In this document: in pieces, positions 33,549-43,580 of the stretch
Numbering within the stretch: position 1 is the stretch's first letter
How the letters are laid out: every line of letters starts with the position of its first letter
From: a virus
Taxonomy: Duplodnaviria; Caudoviricetes
Direction: 5' to 3' (one strand)
IMG/VR virus record: IMGVR_UViG_3300011560_000001
Location: 173,534 to 237,533 of that record
DNA length: 64,000 bases
The notes under the pieces: generated by a model
Databases searched by the model: none
The model's input: the letters and a program-made list of their open reading frames with translations, nothing else
Told to the model about the DNA's origin: nothing
Position numbers and translations under genes: made by a program

Positions 33549-33866
33549 ATGTGTATGTTTAAAATGGCTGTATTCGCTATTCGTAATAATCGCGATATCT
33601 TAGGTCATTTGGAAGCCGACGCTGAAGGAACATTGATTCGTTTTATGCGTCGTGTTAAAGAAGCCTTTGAAAATCGCGAATATCTCGTGGAAGTTGTTGA
33701 GGATCTTCCACCGAACTCGATGCGTTTTGTCGCTATCGATGGGTCTGCAACCGACATCCGTTTCATCACCGTTAACGACTCAAAGATGATGTTTTCGGGC
33801 GATAATACGGTTACGGGACTGTTTCCAATCGTAACGGTTCTGGGTCATTTCTTAAGTGCAAACTAA
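33549..33866 (+). CDS. hypothetical early protein
   Basis: First gene after the early promoter; GAGGA SD. Confidence 0.75.
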   Translation: MCMFKMAVFAIRNNRDILGHLEADAEGTLIRFMRRVKEAFENREYLVEVVEDLPPNSMRFVAIDGSATDIRFITVNDSKMMFSGDNTVTGLFPIVTVLGHFLSAN

Positions 33867-33927
33867 TCAGGTCCCCCTAAATGGGGGGGGGCTTTATACC
33901 GATTTTATTTCAATAAGGATCTTTATC

Positions 33928-34350
33928 ATGAAACTGTTCAAAAATATCGTACTCGCTATCGTCGCTACCCTGGCTTTTGTTAGTGCACAAGCACAAGCTA
34001 ACTGGATGGCTCGTGGGAATAACTGTTACACCTACAGCGAAGACGGTCGTTATCAGATTGGCATCTCCGATCGTTCGCTTGTTGTCATGGGTCAATTTCA
34101 ATGCCGTGCGCACTATCCGATGTCTGATACCGTAGGAATCAATGGACGTGTGTACCAAGCATTGAATATCTGCAGTCCGGACATGCGTTTGATCCCGGTT
34201 ATTAGCCTTGCGAATACAGATCAAGCTGCTAGCGCAATCGCCAGCCTTAAAGAAGCACGTCGTGCGCGTATTCGTGCGTTTAACGAAACCATCATCGTAA
34301 ATACCGATGATATTCAGGCATGCGCTAACAGCGTAGCAGCCGTACGTTAA
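33928..34350 (+). CDS. exported hypothetical protein
   Basis: Signal peptide MKLFKNIVLAIVATLAFVSAQAQA. Confidence 0.75.
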   Translation: MKLFKNIVLAIVATLAFVSAQAQANWMARGNNCYTYSEDGRYQIGISDRSLVVMGQFQCRAHYPMSDTVGINGRVYQALNICSPDMRLIPVISLANTDQAASAIASLKEARRARIRAFNETIIVNTDDIQACANSVAAVR

Positions 34351-34388
34351 TATTAAATTGGTTTATTTAAGTTATTAAGGAAACGATC

Positions 34389-34739
34389 ATGAAAACGTTA
34401 ACTAAATTGTTTGTTGCTGTTGCTATTCTGTTCGGTAGTGTTGTCGGTTCAGCGCAGGCTGGACTGCTGGATAGCCCAGAGGTTTACGATAAAGCAAAAG
34501 CAATCTACATGGCCATGGAGAGCATGACGCCAGCGGACCTTGAAGAATATGGAGTCGACTTCGGATTACCGAAAGAACTTCCAGGAGTTAAGAACCCAAT
34601 TAACCCCAGCGTGAAATTGAAAGTGGCTGACTTCGAAGTTTTCAACCCCTCTTTCAAGACCTATGCACGGGTTCGCATACTTGTTGACCCATCAACCGGT
34701 GTTATTCAGGGCGGAGAATACCTCTATCTTGGTAAATAA
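34389..34739 (+). CDS. exported hypothetical protein
   Basis: Signal peptide ending SAQA. Confidence 0.75.
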   Translation: MKTLTKLFVAVAILFGSVVGSAQAGLLDSPEVYDKAKAIYMAMESMTPADLEEYGVDFGLPKELPGVKNPINPSVKLKVADFEVFNPSFKTYARVRILVDPSTGVIQGGEYLYLGK

Positions 34740-34757
34740 TTGAATAAGGACAATACA

Positions 34758-34967
34758 ATGATTCCAACTAACCATCTTTTAAGTTTCAATCGTTTCTATA
34801 GCAATCCTGGTGTCGACCGGGTACAACCTGCTTTTTTATCACGGTTCCAGGCCGATTATGATGGCGATTCCGTGATTGGAAACCGTATCCGTCTGTTGAA
34901 TCGTCGCAAGAAAGGTCCAGGCAAAGGCAAAGTAAAAATCATTCAACGCTTAATCTCCTATGTATAA
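34758..34967 (+). CDS. small protein, KKGPxKGK family, containing ADYDGD
   Basis: AAGGA SD; FQADYDGD..RRKKGPGKGK. Confidence 0.7.
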   Translation: MIPTNHLLSFNRFYSNPGVDRVQPAFLSRFQADYDGDSVIGNRIRLLNRRKKGPGKGKVKIIQRLISYV

Positions 34968-35140
34968 ACCAACACTGTTCGATAAGTGCCGCCTGCATAT
35001 GGGCGGCATCGCTCTGGTCTTTATGTTGTACAATAGTTTTCAAGGAGGTATGTGGGTACGTGCGTCATTACTCGCATTCGCATTAGGGATGTTTCTAAAA
35101 TTAGAATCGTCGCTTTATCAGAGAAAGTAAGGAGAAGTTT

Positions 35141-35344
35141 ATGATCTGGCTTAAGTTGCTGCGGGGGCTGATAGGGATGATGTTAGTATGGATAGTCCTT
35201 GGGTTTTGTGGGACGATGCTCCTTATGGTGGATGTACCGGCCGCCAGAATTAATGTCGGGTTATGGTTCGTCTTCTTGATGGTGGCGGTATTCGTTATCG
35301 TTACACTGTTGAGGAATGTAGGTAGGAATAAACACAATACTTAA
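35141..35344 (+). CDS. small membrane protein (2 TM segments)
   Basis: AAGGAG SD; hydrophobic. Confidence 0.7.
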   Translation: MIWLKLLRGLIGMMLVWIVLGFCGTMLLMVDVPAARINVGLWFVFLMVAVFVIVTLLRNVGRNKHNT

Positions 35345-35370
35345 CTCCCCCTGAAACGAGAGCGACTGTT

Positions 35371-35673
35371 ATGGAACAATTAAAATATCATGATCGAATA
35401 CTAATCGATCGCGAGCGGGTATTAGATGAAATACGTGGTGTATTATCGCTGTATGAAATTGATCATCGCCCGATCGTAATGGGGGTTCTAATGAAACAAA
35501 CGCCGCTTAACTTTCGTGAGTTACGTCGTATCCATAACGGCGTAGAACGTCGTAGAAAGTTAACGGATGAGTTAGTGCGAACCGGATTATTACCGGAATT
35601 AAGGTACCGTCGCATATATCGTGATCCCGGCGCTCGTGAGAAATACAACTTGTGGCTCGACGGTAGAGGTTAA
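35371..35673 (+). CDS. hypothetical protein
   Basis: ORF in run. Confidence 0.65.
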   Translation: MEQLKYHDRILIDRERVLDEIRGVLSLYEIDHRPIVMGVLMKQTPLNFRELRRIHNGVERRRKLTDELVRTGLLPELRYRRIYRDPGAREKYNLWLDGRG

Positions 35674-35927
35674 CATCTTTGAGAAACTATATGAATTCAA
35701 ACGATGTACGCCTTTACCGCGTTGGATGCGGGAAATGGGTTCTGTTATCCAACGTTATGTTTATTGCCAAACCAGAGGAGACCGTATTTTCAGTACCGTT
35801 TATTACTGTCGTGGATGTCGGGCAAACATCTGACGCTAACCTGCTGCCCGCTGAATAGAACAACCCGATAGTCGGGATGCGTTATCAAGACGCCAGTGGA
35901 CAGCACCTTATCGTGAGGTTAATTAAG

Positions 35928-36425
35928 ATGCAAGGTATTTTACACACGTTGGTTTTAGGGCTTGTAATGTTGTTTATCGCGCCGTTAAGTCAAGCATCGG
36001 TGAACGCAGGACCTAAAATCGATTGCCGGAAAGAGATCGTCGCATGCGCTGTGTATATGGAAGCCAGAGGCGAATCTGTAAAAGGGCAATACTCCGTGGC
36101 GTTTTTAATACATAATCGATCTATGGACTACCGATTCCCTACGAACGTCAGAGACGTCGTACTGCAAAGAGGTCAATTCCCCTGGGCAAGACAACAACGA
36201 ATTGTCATACGCGATCATGCTGCATTCAATCGTGCAAGAGCGATAGCACGAGAGGTCGCAACATTGCGCAATAACGACATTGTTGCTTACCGTAAAGCCG
36301 ATCCAACACGAGGAGCCGTATTCTTTAACGCGAAACATCTTCGCCCTAAACATTTCAGAAAACACGCTACCAATATCACCGTGGTAGACAATCATATTTT
36401 CTTTGGTAAACGACGACATACGTAA
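35928..36425 (+). CDS. SleB-like cell wall hydrolase (Hydrolase_2) with signal peptide
   Basis: AVYMEARGE..GQ..VA..I.NR...FP..V..VV.Q.GQF; DPTRGAVFF; NHIF. Confidence 0.9.
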   Translation: MQGILHTLVLGLVMLFIAPLSQASVNAGPKIDCRKEIVACAVYMEARGESVKGQYSVAFLIHNRSMDYRFPTNVRDVVLQRGQFPWARQQRIVIRDHAAFNRARAIAREVATLRNNDIVAYRKADPTRGAVFFNAKHLRPKHFRKHATNITVVDNHIFFGKRRHT

Positions 36426-36438
36426 AACAAATCCATAC

Positions 36439-36473
36439 ACCCTCCCTGCCTTATGCGGGGAGGGTTTATGCCG
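36439..36473 (+). terminator. hairpin-TTATGCCG element
   Basis: ACCCTCCCTGC/GCGGGGAGGGT followed by TTATGCCG. Confidence 0.75.
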
Positions 36474-36517
36474 TTAAACTGACTAAATGTAATCACCTAA
36501 TAAAGAAGGAAATCACC

Positions 36518-36766
36518 ATGAAAACGATCAAAGCAACTAAATCCGTTAAAACCAAAGTTCAACCGCTACACCACATCACGGTTTATCGCAACAAAGATAA
36601 CGCAATCACCAAGTTCCGCGTCCGCGTAAAAGCGGCTGAATCAGCATTAAAGGAATTGGTTGATACGACTGTTTCTGTTGATGCTTACGATTCGTACCAG
36701 AAAGCAATGCTGACAGCGATTCAAATCCGTGATAAAGCATTGAACAGTCCAATCAACGCATTTTAA
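36518..36766 (+). CDS. small basic protein, possible stand-alone AP2-like DNA-binding domain
   Basis: Predicted beta strands followed by VSVDAYDSYQKAMLTAIQIRDKAL helix. Confidence 0.55.
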   Translation: MKTIKATKSVKTKVQPLHHITVYRNKDNAITKFRVRVKAAESALKELVDTTVSVDAYDSYQKAMLTAIQIRDKALNSPINAF

Positions 36767-36941
36767 TACATAACAACTTAGCAAACGGTTCTTCTCTTCC
36801 TGAGGCTGTGGAGGGGAAGAACCAGGAAACACAGATACATTTTCTTTTAGTTTACGAAAATTAACTCTTACAGAAATTCAGTAACCTGTGTACTTGTAAT
36901 CATGTCGTGTAAAAGACAATCATTTGTTTGAGGAATAGGAA

Positions 36942-37691
36942 ATGCAAGAACCCCGCTATCAAGGAAGCATCATGCTTTCCTGTGGTTTTGTTATCGAACA
37001 CCCACTGCTTGGTAAATTGTTCATCAAAGAAGAGATACGTAAACCAGGACAATCAAAGAACTTTTCACCGCTTTTAGCAGCTAAAGCTTTATTGGAATCG
37101 TTCGAAGACATCAACGTCGTCAGGTATCACACAACGTTATATCAAGCTGATGGGTATCGCTGGTTTGACGGGTGGGTTTATGTGCATCACGATCGGATTG
37201 AAGTCAGTGTGGCAAACCTAGACGCTCTTCCGTTTACCCGCCTTGATATCGATACTGTTAAAATCGATTATAATGACGCGGTAATTAAACTGCAGGACGA
37301 TGAGTTGATCCAAGATGTACGTCGTTTCTGGTCGAACTATCAAGATAACATTTTGATTCCGGTACCTGACGAACTCTCTAAAGTTTATGATGAGCTGGTC
37401 AGTGGGAACGGGGATGTATGGCGCACGTGCGAAGATCCTTATCGCTTCTTTACACGTAAACAAAAAGAACGTTTGATGGTACGCGGCTGGATTGAGAACC
37501 CTCTCGGTGATGTTTACCATTACGTTGATGCGGAAGCCGTGGTGAGTGATGAGCTGCATAAATTTGATATTCGGGATGAACAGTTAATATGGACAGCGCA
37601 ACGTTCAGTAGAGCAAGATGGTGTGATTACCATGTTCTATGACCCTGAAATCAAATTGACTCTGTTTGTGGAAGGAGATATTGACGAATGA
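36942..37691 (+). CDS. hypothetical protein
   Basis: AGGA SD. Confidence 0.75.
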   Translation: MQEPRYQGSIMLSCGFVIEHPLLGKLFIKEEIRKPGQSKNFSPLLAAKALLESFEDINVVRYHTTLYQADGYRWFDGWVYVHHDRIEVSVANLDALPFTRLDIDTVKIDYNDAVIKLQDDELIQDVRRFWSNYQDNILIPVPDELSKVYDELVSGNGDVWRTCEDPYRFFTRKQKERLMVRGWIENPLGDVYHYVDAEAVVSDELHKFDIRDEQLIWTAQRSVEQDGVITMFYDPEIKLTLFVEGDIDE

Positions 37692-38266
37692 ATTGGATTA
37701 AGGTAGTGTTGTTTATTATACTTGTTGCCGCAGCTATCGGGCTATTTCTTTACACACATCGGAAAGAACAGAAGCGTAAGCCGAGCAGACCGTTGGTTAC
37801 CGGTGTCGTAACGCCGCCCACAAAACAGTCTGGATTACCTAAATCTCTTTATATGGCTGAAGTGACTTTAGATTCATCAAAAGGCAATGAGCTTGTGCTC
37901 GAAATGTTAATACAGAAACATTATAAAGATGCTGTATTGACTGCCGAGTATTGGGTTGATCCTAACAAGCCAGGCAAACGCTGGCGTGCATGGTATCCTT
38001 TACATGTGCCATGCACAAATACCTGGATTGAGTGGCCAGCGTTAGTAAGTTACCGATCAACGGATAAAGTGAACAAAGCAGCGTTCTTCTTAGATACCAA
38101 TCGTTTCAAATGGTATCCCGATAAGGTAACGAATGAGCCGGTATGGATGCCTAAGAAGGGTGGCACGTGCTTTACTGTCGGACAAGTCCTGTTAACAGAT
38201 TTAGACGACCAGAACAACTTCTTTGTCATTGAAGAAGAAAAGCTTAACGATCTGATTCCTTATTAA
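37688..38266 (+). CDS. membrane-anchored hypothetical protein
   Basis: N-terminal TM helix. Confidence 0.75.
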   Translation: MNWIKVVLFIILVAAAIGLFLYTHRKEQKRKPSRPLVTGVVTPPTKQSGLPKSLYMAEVTLDSSKGNELVLEMLIQKHYKDAVLTAEYWVDPNKPGKRWRAWYPLHVPCTNTWIEWPALVSYRSTDKVNKAAFFLDTNRFKWYPDKVTNEPVWMPKKGGTCFTVGQVLLTDLDDQNNFFVIEEEKLNDLIPY

Positions 38267-38287
38267 TCATTCGATATAACGGTACGC

Positions 38288-38341
38288 GGCGCTCATCCTT
38301 TTAGGGATGAGCACCGTTTTCCTATTTTGTTTTTTTTTTTT
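38288..38341 (+). terminator. intrinsic terminator
   Basis: GCTCATCC/GGATGAGC stem followed by long T tracts. Confidence 0.8.
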
Positions 38342-38400
38342 GAGGTTCCCATGGTATGAATTAGGTCTCTTTCCTATCAACGATCATCTATGAGGTCAGC

Positions 38401-39231
38401 ATGTATCCTGAAGCATCATGGCAAGAGGAAGTGTTATCTAAAATAAACACCGACCTCCAGCATCCATTATCCCCGTCAGACATTACGCTAACGCCAGCCT
38501 GGTATGGTGCATCAGGTCGGTTACGCCTTTCTATAGTCCCCACATCACAATCGACTTACTATATCGAAGACCCCGTGCAGGTTTATCTTCAACGTCGAGA
38601 CATTAATAAGCTCTTTATCAAACACCAACCTTTTATTGTCGTTGCTGATATGACGACTATAGCAGACTGCTTAACGCAGCTGTTTAAGAAGTATGGGTTG
38701 AAGATCGATTTAACGATCTTTGATTCTTCAGCGCTAGCATCACAGATTAAATTTGAAAGTGACGAGAAAACCGTATCTGTTCCTATTCGTTCTGGTGCCT
38801 CAGCATCGTGGTACGGTACGTTTCAATTCCTCGTACGAAAAGCGGTAAGTACTGATATTAGCGAGCTGATTACGGTACGAGAACCACTAACCTCGTATTA
38901 TCCAGAAGATAGTAAACGAGGGGATTTCCACACGTTCAGCACCTACGGTATCAAGCTAAATTTACCACCGCAAGACGCGATACGTTCATTGTCGGTTGGA
39001 GATGCTCCCGAAGGATACAGTGCGTTCCGTTTAGCCTCTTCACTGATTTCAATGAGTTATGCCTTAGCTTGGGAACTTATCACAACCGCCAGTGTCGTTT
39101 ATAATGGAAAAGTTGCCGACGCAAACGATTTAAATGTTCCGATACTTCCGTCGTTCGGAAGCTCTGTTCTGGTATTAAAACCTCATTCCGATAGCGGCGT
39201 CAGCAGCAAACTTTATTTCAGTTACGATTAA
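38401..39231 (+). CDS. virion protein with the shared anchor domain
   Basis: SWQEEVLSKIN..YLQRRDINKLF..KYG..SWYG, divergent copy of the 757/43047/48508 N-domain. Confidence 0.7.
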   Translation: MYPEASWQEEVLSKINTDLQHPLSPSDITLTPAWYGASGRLRLSIVPTSQSTYYIEDPVQVYLQRRDINKLFIKHQPFIVVADMTTIADCLTQLFKKYGLKIDLTIFDSSALASQIKFESDEKTVSVPIRSGASASWYGTFQFLVRKAVSTDISELITVREPLTSYYPEDSKRGDFHTFSTYGIKLNLPPQDAIRSLSVGDAPEGYSAFRLASSLISMSYALAWELITTASVVYNGKVADANDLNVPILPSFGSSVLVLKPHSDSGVSSKLYFSYD

Positions 39232-39244
39232 GGCGGAGTAAATA

Positions 39245-42200
39245 ATGACGACATTCTTACCTGACGATAAACAGGATCTGGTCGACCAACTCAACGCACT
39301 AAACAAAACAGATATCCCAGCTGATGGTATCACAGTCACCGCCGTTGGTGATAGTCAAAAACTTGATGGTGTTGGAAATTACACGGGGACGGTTACGGTT
39401 AATAAACCAAAACGGTCATTCGCGACACTGTTTCCGTTCGGTGCGATCATGAAAAAAGAAACCGGTAATGAAGCGGTTTCTGGTCGAGCGGCACTCGCGT
39501 TATTGAACGAGCAGTTCCATCTGGCGATTGCAGAAAGTTACTTCACAGAAGAATCTTTAAATGCAACATACCAGTTAGGGACGCAGAACAGCATCTTTGC
39601 ACAAATCGCACTAGAACCAACCAAGGATAACCCTTACTGGAAAGATACACTGTTCATCTCAATGTATCGGTCAACGCTAGGTGCTTTGGAGACATCTAGT
39701 GCAAGCGTATCATCCGGTATTTATGTTGATTTAGGATCAGCTAGGAAAGCATTCAATCTGAATCGTACTGGCGTATACAAGTTACCTTTACCAGCAACGT
39801 CCAGTAGTGTGCCAGACCGTTATGAATGGTGTCAGTTATTAGAGATTACCCCGTCGGTTGTTGGTGGACAGATTGACTGGAGCAACTACTTGACGCTGGA
39901 GCCGTTAACACCGACGTTTCCGGTGATGGAAATCAATGCCACGTATTACTTCCTGCTTTGGACATTCAACCGTAAAGATTGGTACGTGAAACAAATCACC
40001 GCATCGGAGCGATATAACGATGTCGCCCAACTTATCGGTAAATGGATGATTACAGCGTCGCCGGTTAATTTTGTTGGTTATGGCCACGCAAGCTTCTTAA
40101 CCCGAAATACAGGAACGTTTACCGACCCAGAAACCGATCATTACGTGTTAAATGAAAGCGGGGTAATGGTAAACAATCGCCACTTCATTGCAGCAACACG
40201 ACAAGAAGCACAACCTGACGGCGACGCAACAACAGAAGGACAGTCGTTGTTAATTCTGGGTGCAGGTATATTCAGTCATACAACGGATGATACCAAGCTT
40301 AAAGCGCATTACCTCACATTAGCAGAATCATCGTTCGATGCGTATATAAAAGCGTTCTATGCAGGCCTTGAACCACCGGACATACCGGCACGCTGGATCG
40401 CTAACTGGATTGTTAATGGTAAACAGCCGGTGTTGGCCCATTATCCTCTTGCAAAAGACGATTACCCAACACACGGTGGTTTCCATGACACAGCGGTTAC
40501 ATTCACCAACGGTATTGGAAAAATAGCACATGGCGCACCAACGTTCGGGGAATACGCGGATCTTGTTGTTAAGGTCTATGAGGGTAAACTCGGCTGGCAG
40601 AATTTGAACGCGGACGTGTTCAAAACCAATGATGACGGAACAATTGACTGGAATACAAAGGGTACGGTGTTTCCTATCGAGAAAGTTGCGTTACGCACAA
40701 AACGTTACGTAAGTGCTGACGGAGACGATCTTGAAGCGTGTACCGATGATGAAGTAGGTACCATCGTACTCAAAGATAAATCTGTCAACGGTTCTTACTT
40801 GGTTGCGTGGGCACCCCGTGTTCCTATTGAATATGGTGGATACCTTATTAAAACGAATGAATGCCAGCATAACCGACCGATCCAGGTACCAGTCACCAGA
40901 GACTACATGGGAAACGCGTCAGACGCCGAACAGTGGTTTTGTGAATCGGCCTACACCTTATACCGTTTAACGAAGCAGGAGCGCTATCAGAAAGCGTACA
41001 AGGCATCTTTGTTTACAATTGAAGAATACACCCGTATCGACGCCAACGACAAGTTCTTCCGTCAGGTAAAAGGAACCAATCGTTACGATACCGACGGTAT
41101 CGCTTACACGTATACATACCCATCGAAAGCGCCGTTTACAATCACGCGTGATACCGATGGCTGGATCGTGATTCAAGCATCTTCAGCTCAAATTTACCTT
41201 GAACAGCAAGCCATTCCGTTCCGCGTAAATCGTGATTCAATTCTTCGGGTAACCTGTGGGGGTAAAGATACGACAGGCCTTGCAATTCCGGTTGAGATCT
41301 CATTGTCGCTTTCTTTGGACAAAACCGAAGCGAAAGCCAAAACGTACAAGCTGGTATTACCTTCCAGCGTTGAACCGAAAGGATGGGATTTCAAAATAGG
41401 CTCGTTGATTCCTGCTGATGCGGTCGATGAAGCTTCAACGCCAGCCGGTGATGCTGTTACGGGTTCTGTGTTGATATCGGCTGATAAAGTCGGCTGGAAA
41501 GACGATGTCGCAATCACAACAGAATTCAGCGAAGCGGCGGAAGATTCCTGGGATGGGTTGTTCTTAAAAGCGCAGCTTACTGCGGCAGGCGGACAATTTG
41601 AATTCAATCCAACAGCAAAACAGATCGTAAGACAGGTCAGTTATTTCGCGTCGATTGACTACAACGTTCGTGTAGAAGATGTGAATGGTTGGCGATGGTG
41701 GCAGATGCTACCGGCCACCACATCAAGAAATACGTTGACGCTTTCGGCTACCGGATGGACGCTCTCAGGGTATCAACCGAACCACACTGATACTGACCCT
41801 AAACCTACCGCACCTGTGTGGGGTGATGGCTCAACTGAAATTTTGTTCTTGCCTGATGACAGCGATATCGCTGAAGGGGTATTTAAGCTTTACGCCATCA
41901 ATAATCCACCGTCAACTTACACCACGGATGACGGATATACCATGCTGTTTACGTTAAAAGCAACCTTTGAGGCGGAGGGAACATTACGGGTTGGTGATTG
42001 CACGATTGTCAACCAACGCCTCGATCCGTTACCTTATACTCCGGGTATTATTCCGTTCTCGAACAACTATATCCCTAACGCACCGACGTTCGACAGTTGG
42101 CGTGGTCAGCCTTATCCTGGCTACCAACATCCATGGGTCTTCCTGGATATGGACGTACCGACTGAACGACGTGACCTCATGATTCGGAATGTTGTGAATT

Positions 42201-42841
42201 TCTGGTATGACTCACAGCAGTGGTATTATCAGAAATTCGGGGTTTTAGGGCCGGGTGCGAGTGCGTACGTGTGGGATCGTTGGGATGCGCCAAGCGGATC
42301 GAAAGTTAATGATTTTACGATGTACCACTTCGGCGATCAGACAGCATGGTCTGGTTATCAGCCGAGGGCTTTCTTTTCAGCGGTGCGGCTTTATGCTGGA
42401 CTACTTGATCGTGGTTTAGCCGTCCCTGAGAAATTAACCACTTACATCAGTCATTGGATTGATTTCTTGTTTACGTATCAACAGGAAAACGCTTATCAAT
42501 CTCCTACGGATTTTCCGATGGATAAACCTCCTGCTTTTATCCCTAATGACTTTACTGGCCATATGGCTGGATTATGGTTGGCGGGTGCATCGTTAGCAAT
42601 GTTGTACGGACATCCCAACGATAAAGGCTATTCTGTTGCGGTTAATGCTTATAACGAAATCGTTGAGAACTACATCAACCGCTACACCGTTGATGACGTA
42701 ATGAACGGTGGGTGGAGTCCCGCACCAGATAGCGCTAATCTCGGCAGAGACGGAATGTATTTTGGTTTCTGGAGCGGGGAGATCCTCCGAGGATTAGGCT
42801 ATTATATTGCCCTATTACGCGATGTAAAACCAACAATTTAA
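39245..42841 (+). CDS. large virion appendage protein with GH8-like (alpha/alpha)6 glycosidase motifs
   Basis: ATTEGQSL and GNASDAEQW resemble the GH8 motifs TSEGQ and SASDGD; lies in the fibre cluster. Confidence 0.65.
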   Translation: MTTFLPDDKQDLVDQLNALNKTDIPADGITVTAVGDSQKLDGVGNYTGTVTVNKPKRSFATLFPFGAIMKKETGNEAVSGRAALALLNEQFHLAIAESYFTEESLNATYQLGTQNSIFAQIALEPTKDNPYWKDTLFISMYRSTLGALETSSASVSSGIYVDLGSARKAFNLNRTGVYKLPLPATSSSVPDRYEWCQLLEITPSVVGGQIDWSNYLTLEPLTPTFPVMEINATYYFLLWTFNRKDWYVKQITASERYNDVAQLIGKWMITASPVNFVGYGHASFLTRNTGTFTDPETDHYVLNESGVMVNNRHFIAATRQEAQPDGDATTEGQSLLILGAGIFSHTTDDTKLKAHYLTLAESSFDAYIKAFYAGLEPPDIPARWIANWIVNGKQPVLAHYPLAKDDYPTHGGFHDTAVTFTNGIGKIAHGAPTFGEYADLVVKVYEGKLGWQNLNADVFKTNDDGTIDWNTKGTVFPIEKVALRTKRYVSADGDDLEACTDDEVGTIVLKDKSVNGSYLVAWAPRVPIEYGGYLIKTNECQHNRPIQVPVTRDYMGNASDAEQWFCESAYTLYRLTKQERYQKAYKASLFTIEEYTRIDANDKFFRQVKGTNRYDTDGIAYTYTYPSKAPFTITRDTDGWIVIQASSAQIYLEQQAIPFRVNRDSILRVTCGGKDTTGLAIPVEISLSLSLDKTEAKAKTYKLVLPSSVEPKGWDFKIGSLIPADAVDEASTPAGDAVTGSVLISADKVGWKDDVAITTEFSEAAEDSWDGLFLKAQLTAAGGQFEFNPTAKQIVRQVSYFASIDYNVRVEDVNGWRWWQMLPATTSRNTLTLSATGWTLSGYQPNHTDTDPKPTAPVWGDGSTEILFLPDDSDIAEGVFKLYAINNPPSTYTTDDGYTMLFTLKATFEAEGTLRVGDCTIVNQRLDPLPYTPGIIPFSNNYIPNAPTFDSWRGQPYPGYQHPWVFLDMDVPTERRDLMIRNVVNFWYDSQQWYYQKFGVLGPGASAYVWDRWDAPSGSKVNDFTMYHFGDQTAWSGYQPRAFFSAVRLYAGLLDRGLAVPEKLTTYISHWIDFLFTYQQENAYQSPTDFPMDKPPAFIPNDFTGHMAGLWLAGASLAMLYGHPNDKGYSVAVNAYNEIVENYINRYTVDDVMNGGWSPAPDSANLGRDGMYFGFWSGEILRGLGYYIALLRDVKPTI

Positions 42842-43046
42842 CCGATGGGGCGATTACCACCCCATGAACTTTGGAGTACCACAGAGCACAAAGTGTTATC
42901 CTCCCTCTATCTCGCTTTGTCGGGGTAGAGGGGCAATATGCGCGGAATTTTATGCGGTCGTCTGGACTGTTTACGTTTACCTCGAATCGCACTCCGGTTT
43001 CGAGGCATTTTACATTTTAATTTGATTATTGGAGGAGGGTGCGCTT

Positions 43047-43574
43047 ATGCGTTCACTTTACCCGCCATGGAAAGACGAACTGATTACGTTGATAAACAGA
43101 CGTAACAGTAGCGTGTTCAGCAACTCCGATCTTACATTAACCTTGGATGGGAGTTCTGGTGCTAACAGGGCAAAAGTGATCGTCACAGCAAATGAAGGAA
43201 CAAGGTGGTGTGGTGAAAGTTTTATCACTTACACACGACGTGATATCGCGAAAGCGTTTCTAGGGATACCGATGAAAATCGTTTTGGAGTCGGTTGAAAC
43301 AACAACTATAAGAGCGGTTATTCAAGCTATTTCAGATCAGTACGGATTCATCTTTGAAACCGATGCTGATTTTGATTCAGCTATCCTTGCTACTGTCATT
43401 GATTTTCGTGACGACACATCCAAGAAGATCTCGATTCCCATCGCGAATACCTCCATGGTTTGGCGTGGGCAATTGGATCTTATCGTGACAAACCAGCGTG
43501 ATACATCACCAGCGTATCTTTGCGCCGGTGCGGCAACTGTCATCGGTGATGTCATCACTATTTATCCGGGATAA
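43047..43574 (+). CDS. fibre adaptor: anchor domain plus P2 gpI-like C-terminal peptide
   Basis: Anchor domain, then LCAGAATVIGDVITIYPG; directly precedes the gpH-like fibre. Confidence 0.65.
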   Translation: MRSLYPPWKDELITLINRRNSSVFSNSDLTLTLDGSSGANRAKVIVTANEGTRWCGESFITYTRRDIAKAFLGIPMKIVLESVETTTIRAVIQAISDQYGFIFETDADFDSAILATVIDFRDDTSKKISIPIANTSMVWRGQLDLIVTNQRDTSPAYLCAGAATVIGDVITIYPG

Positions 43575-43580
43575 AACGCC

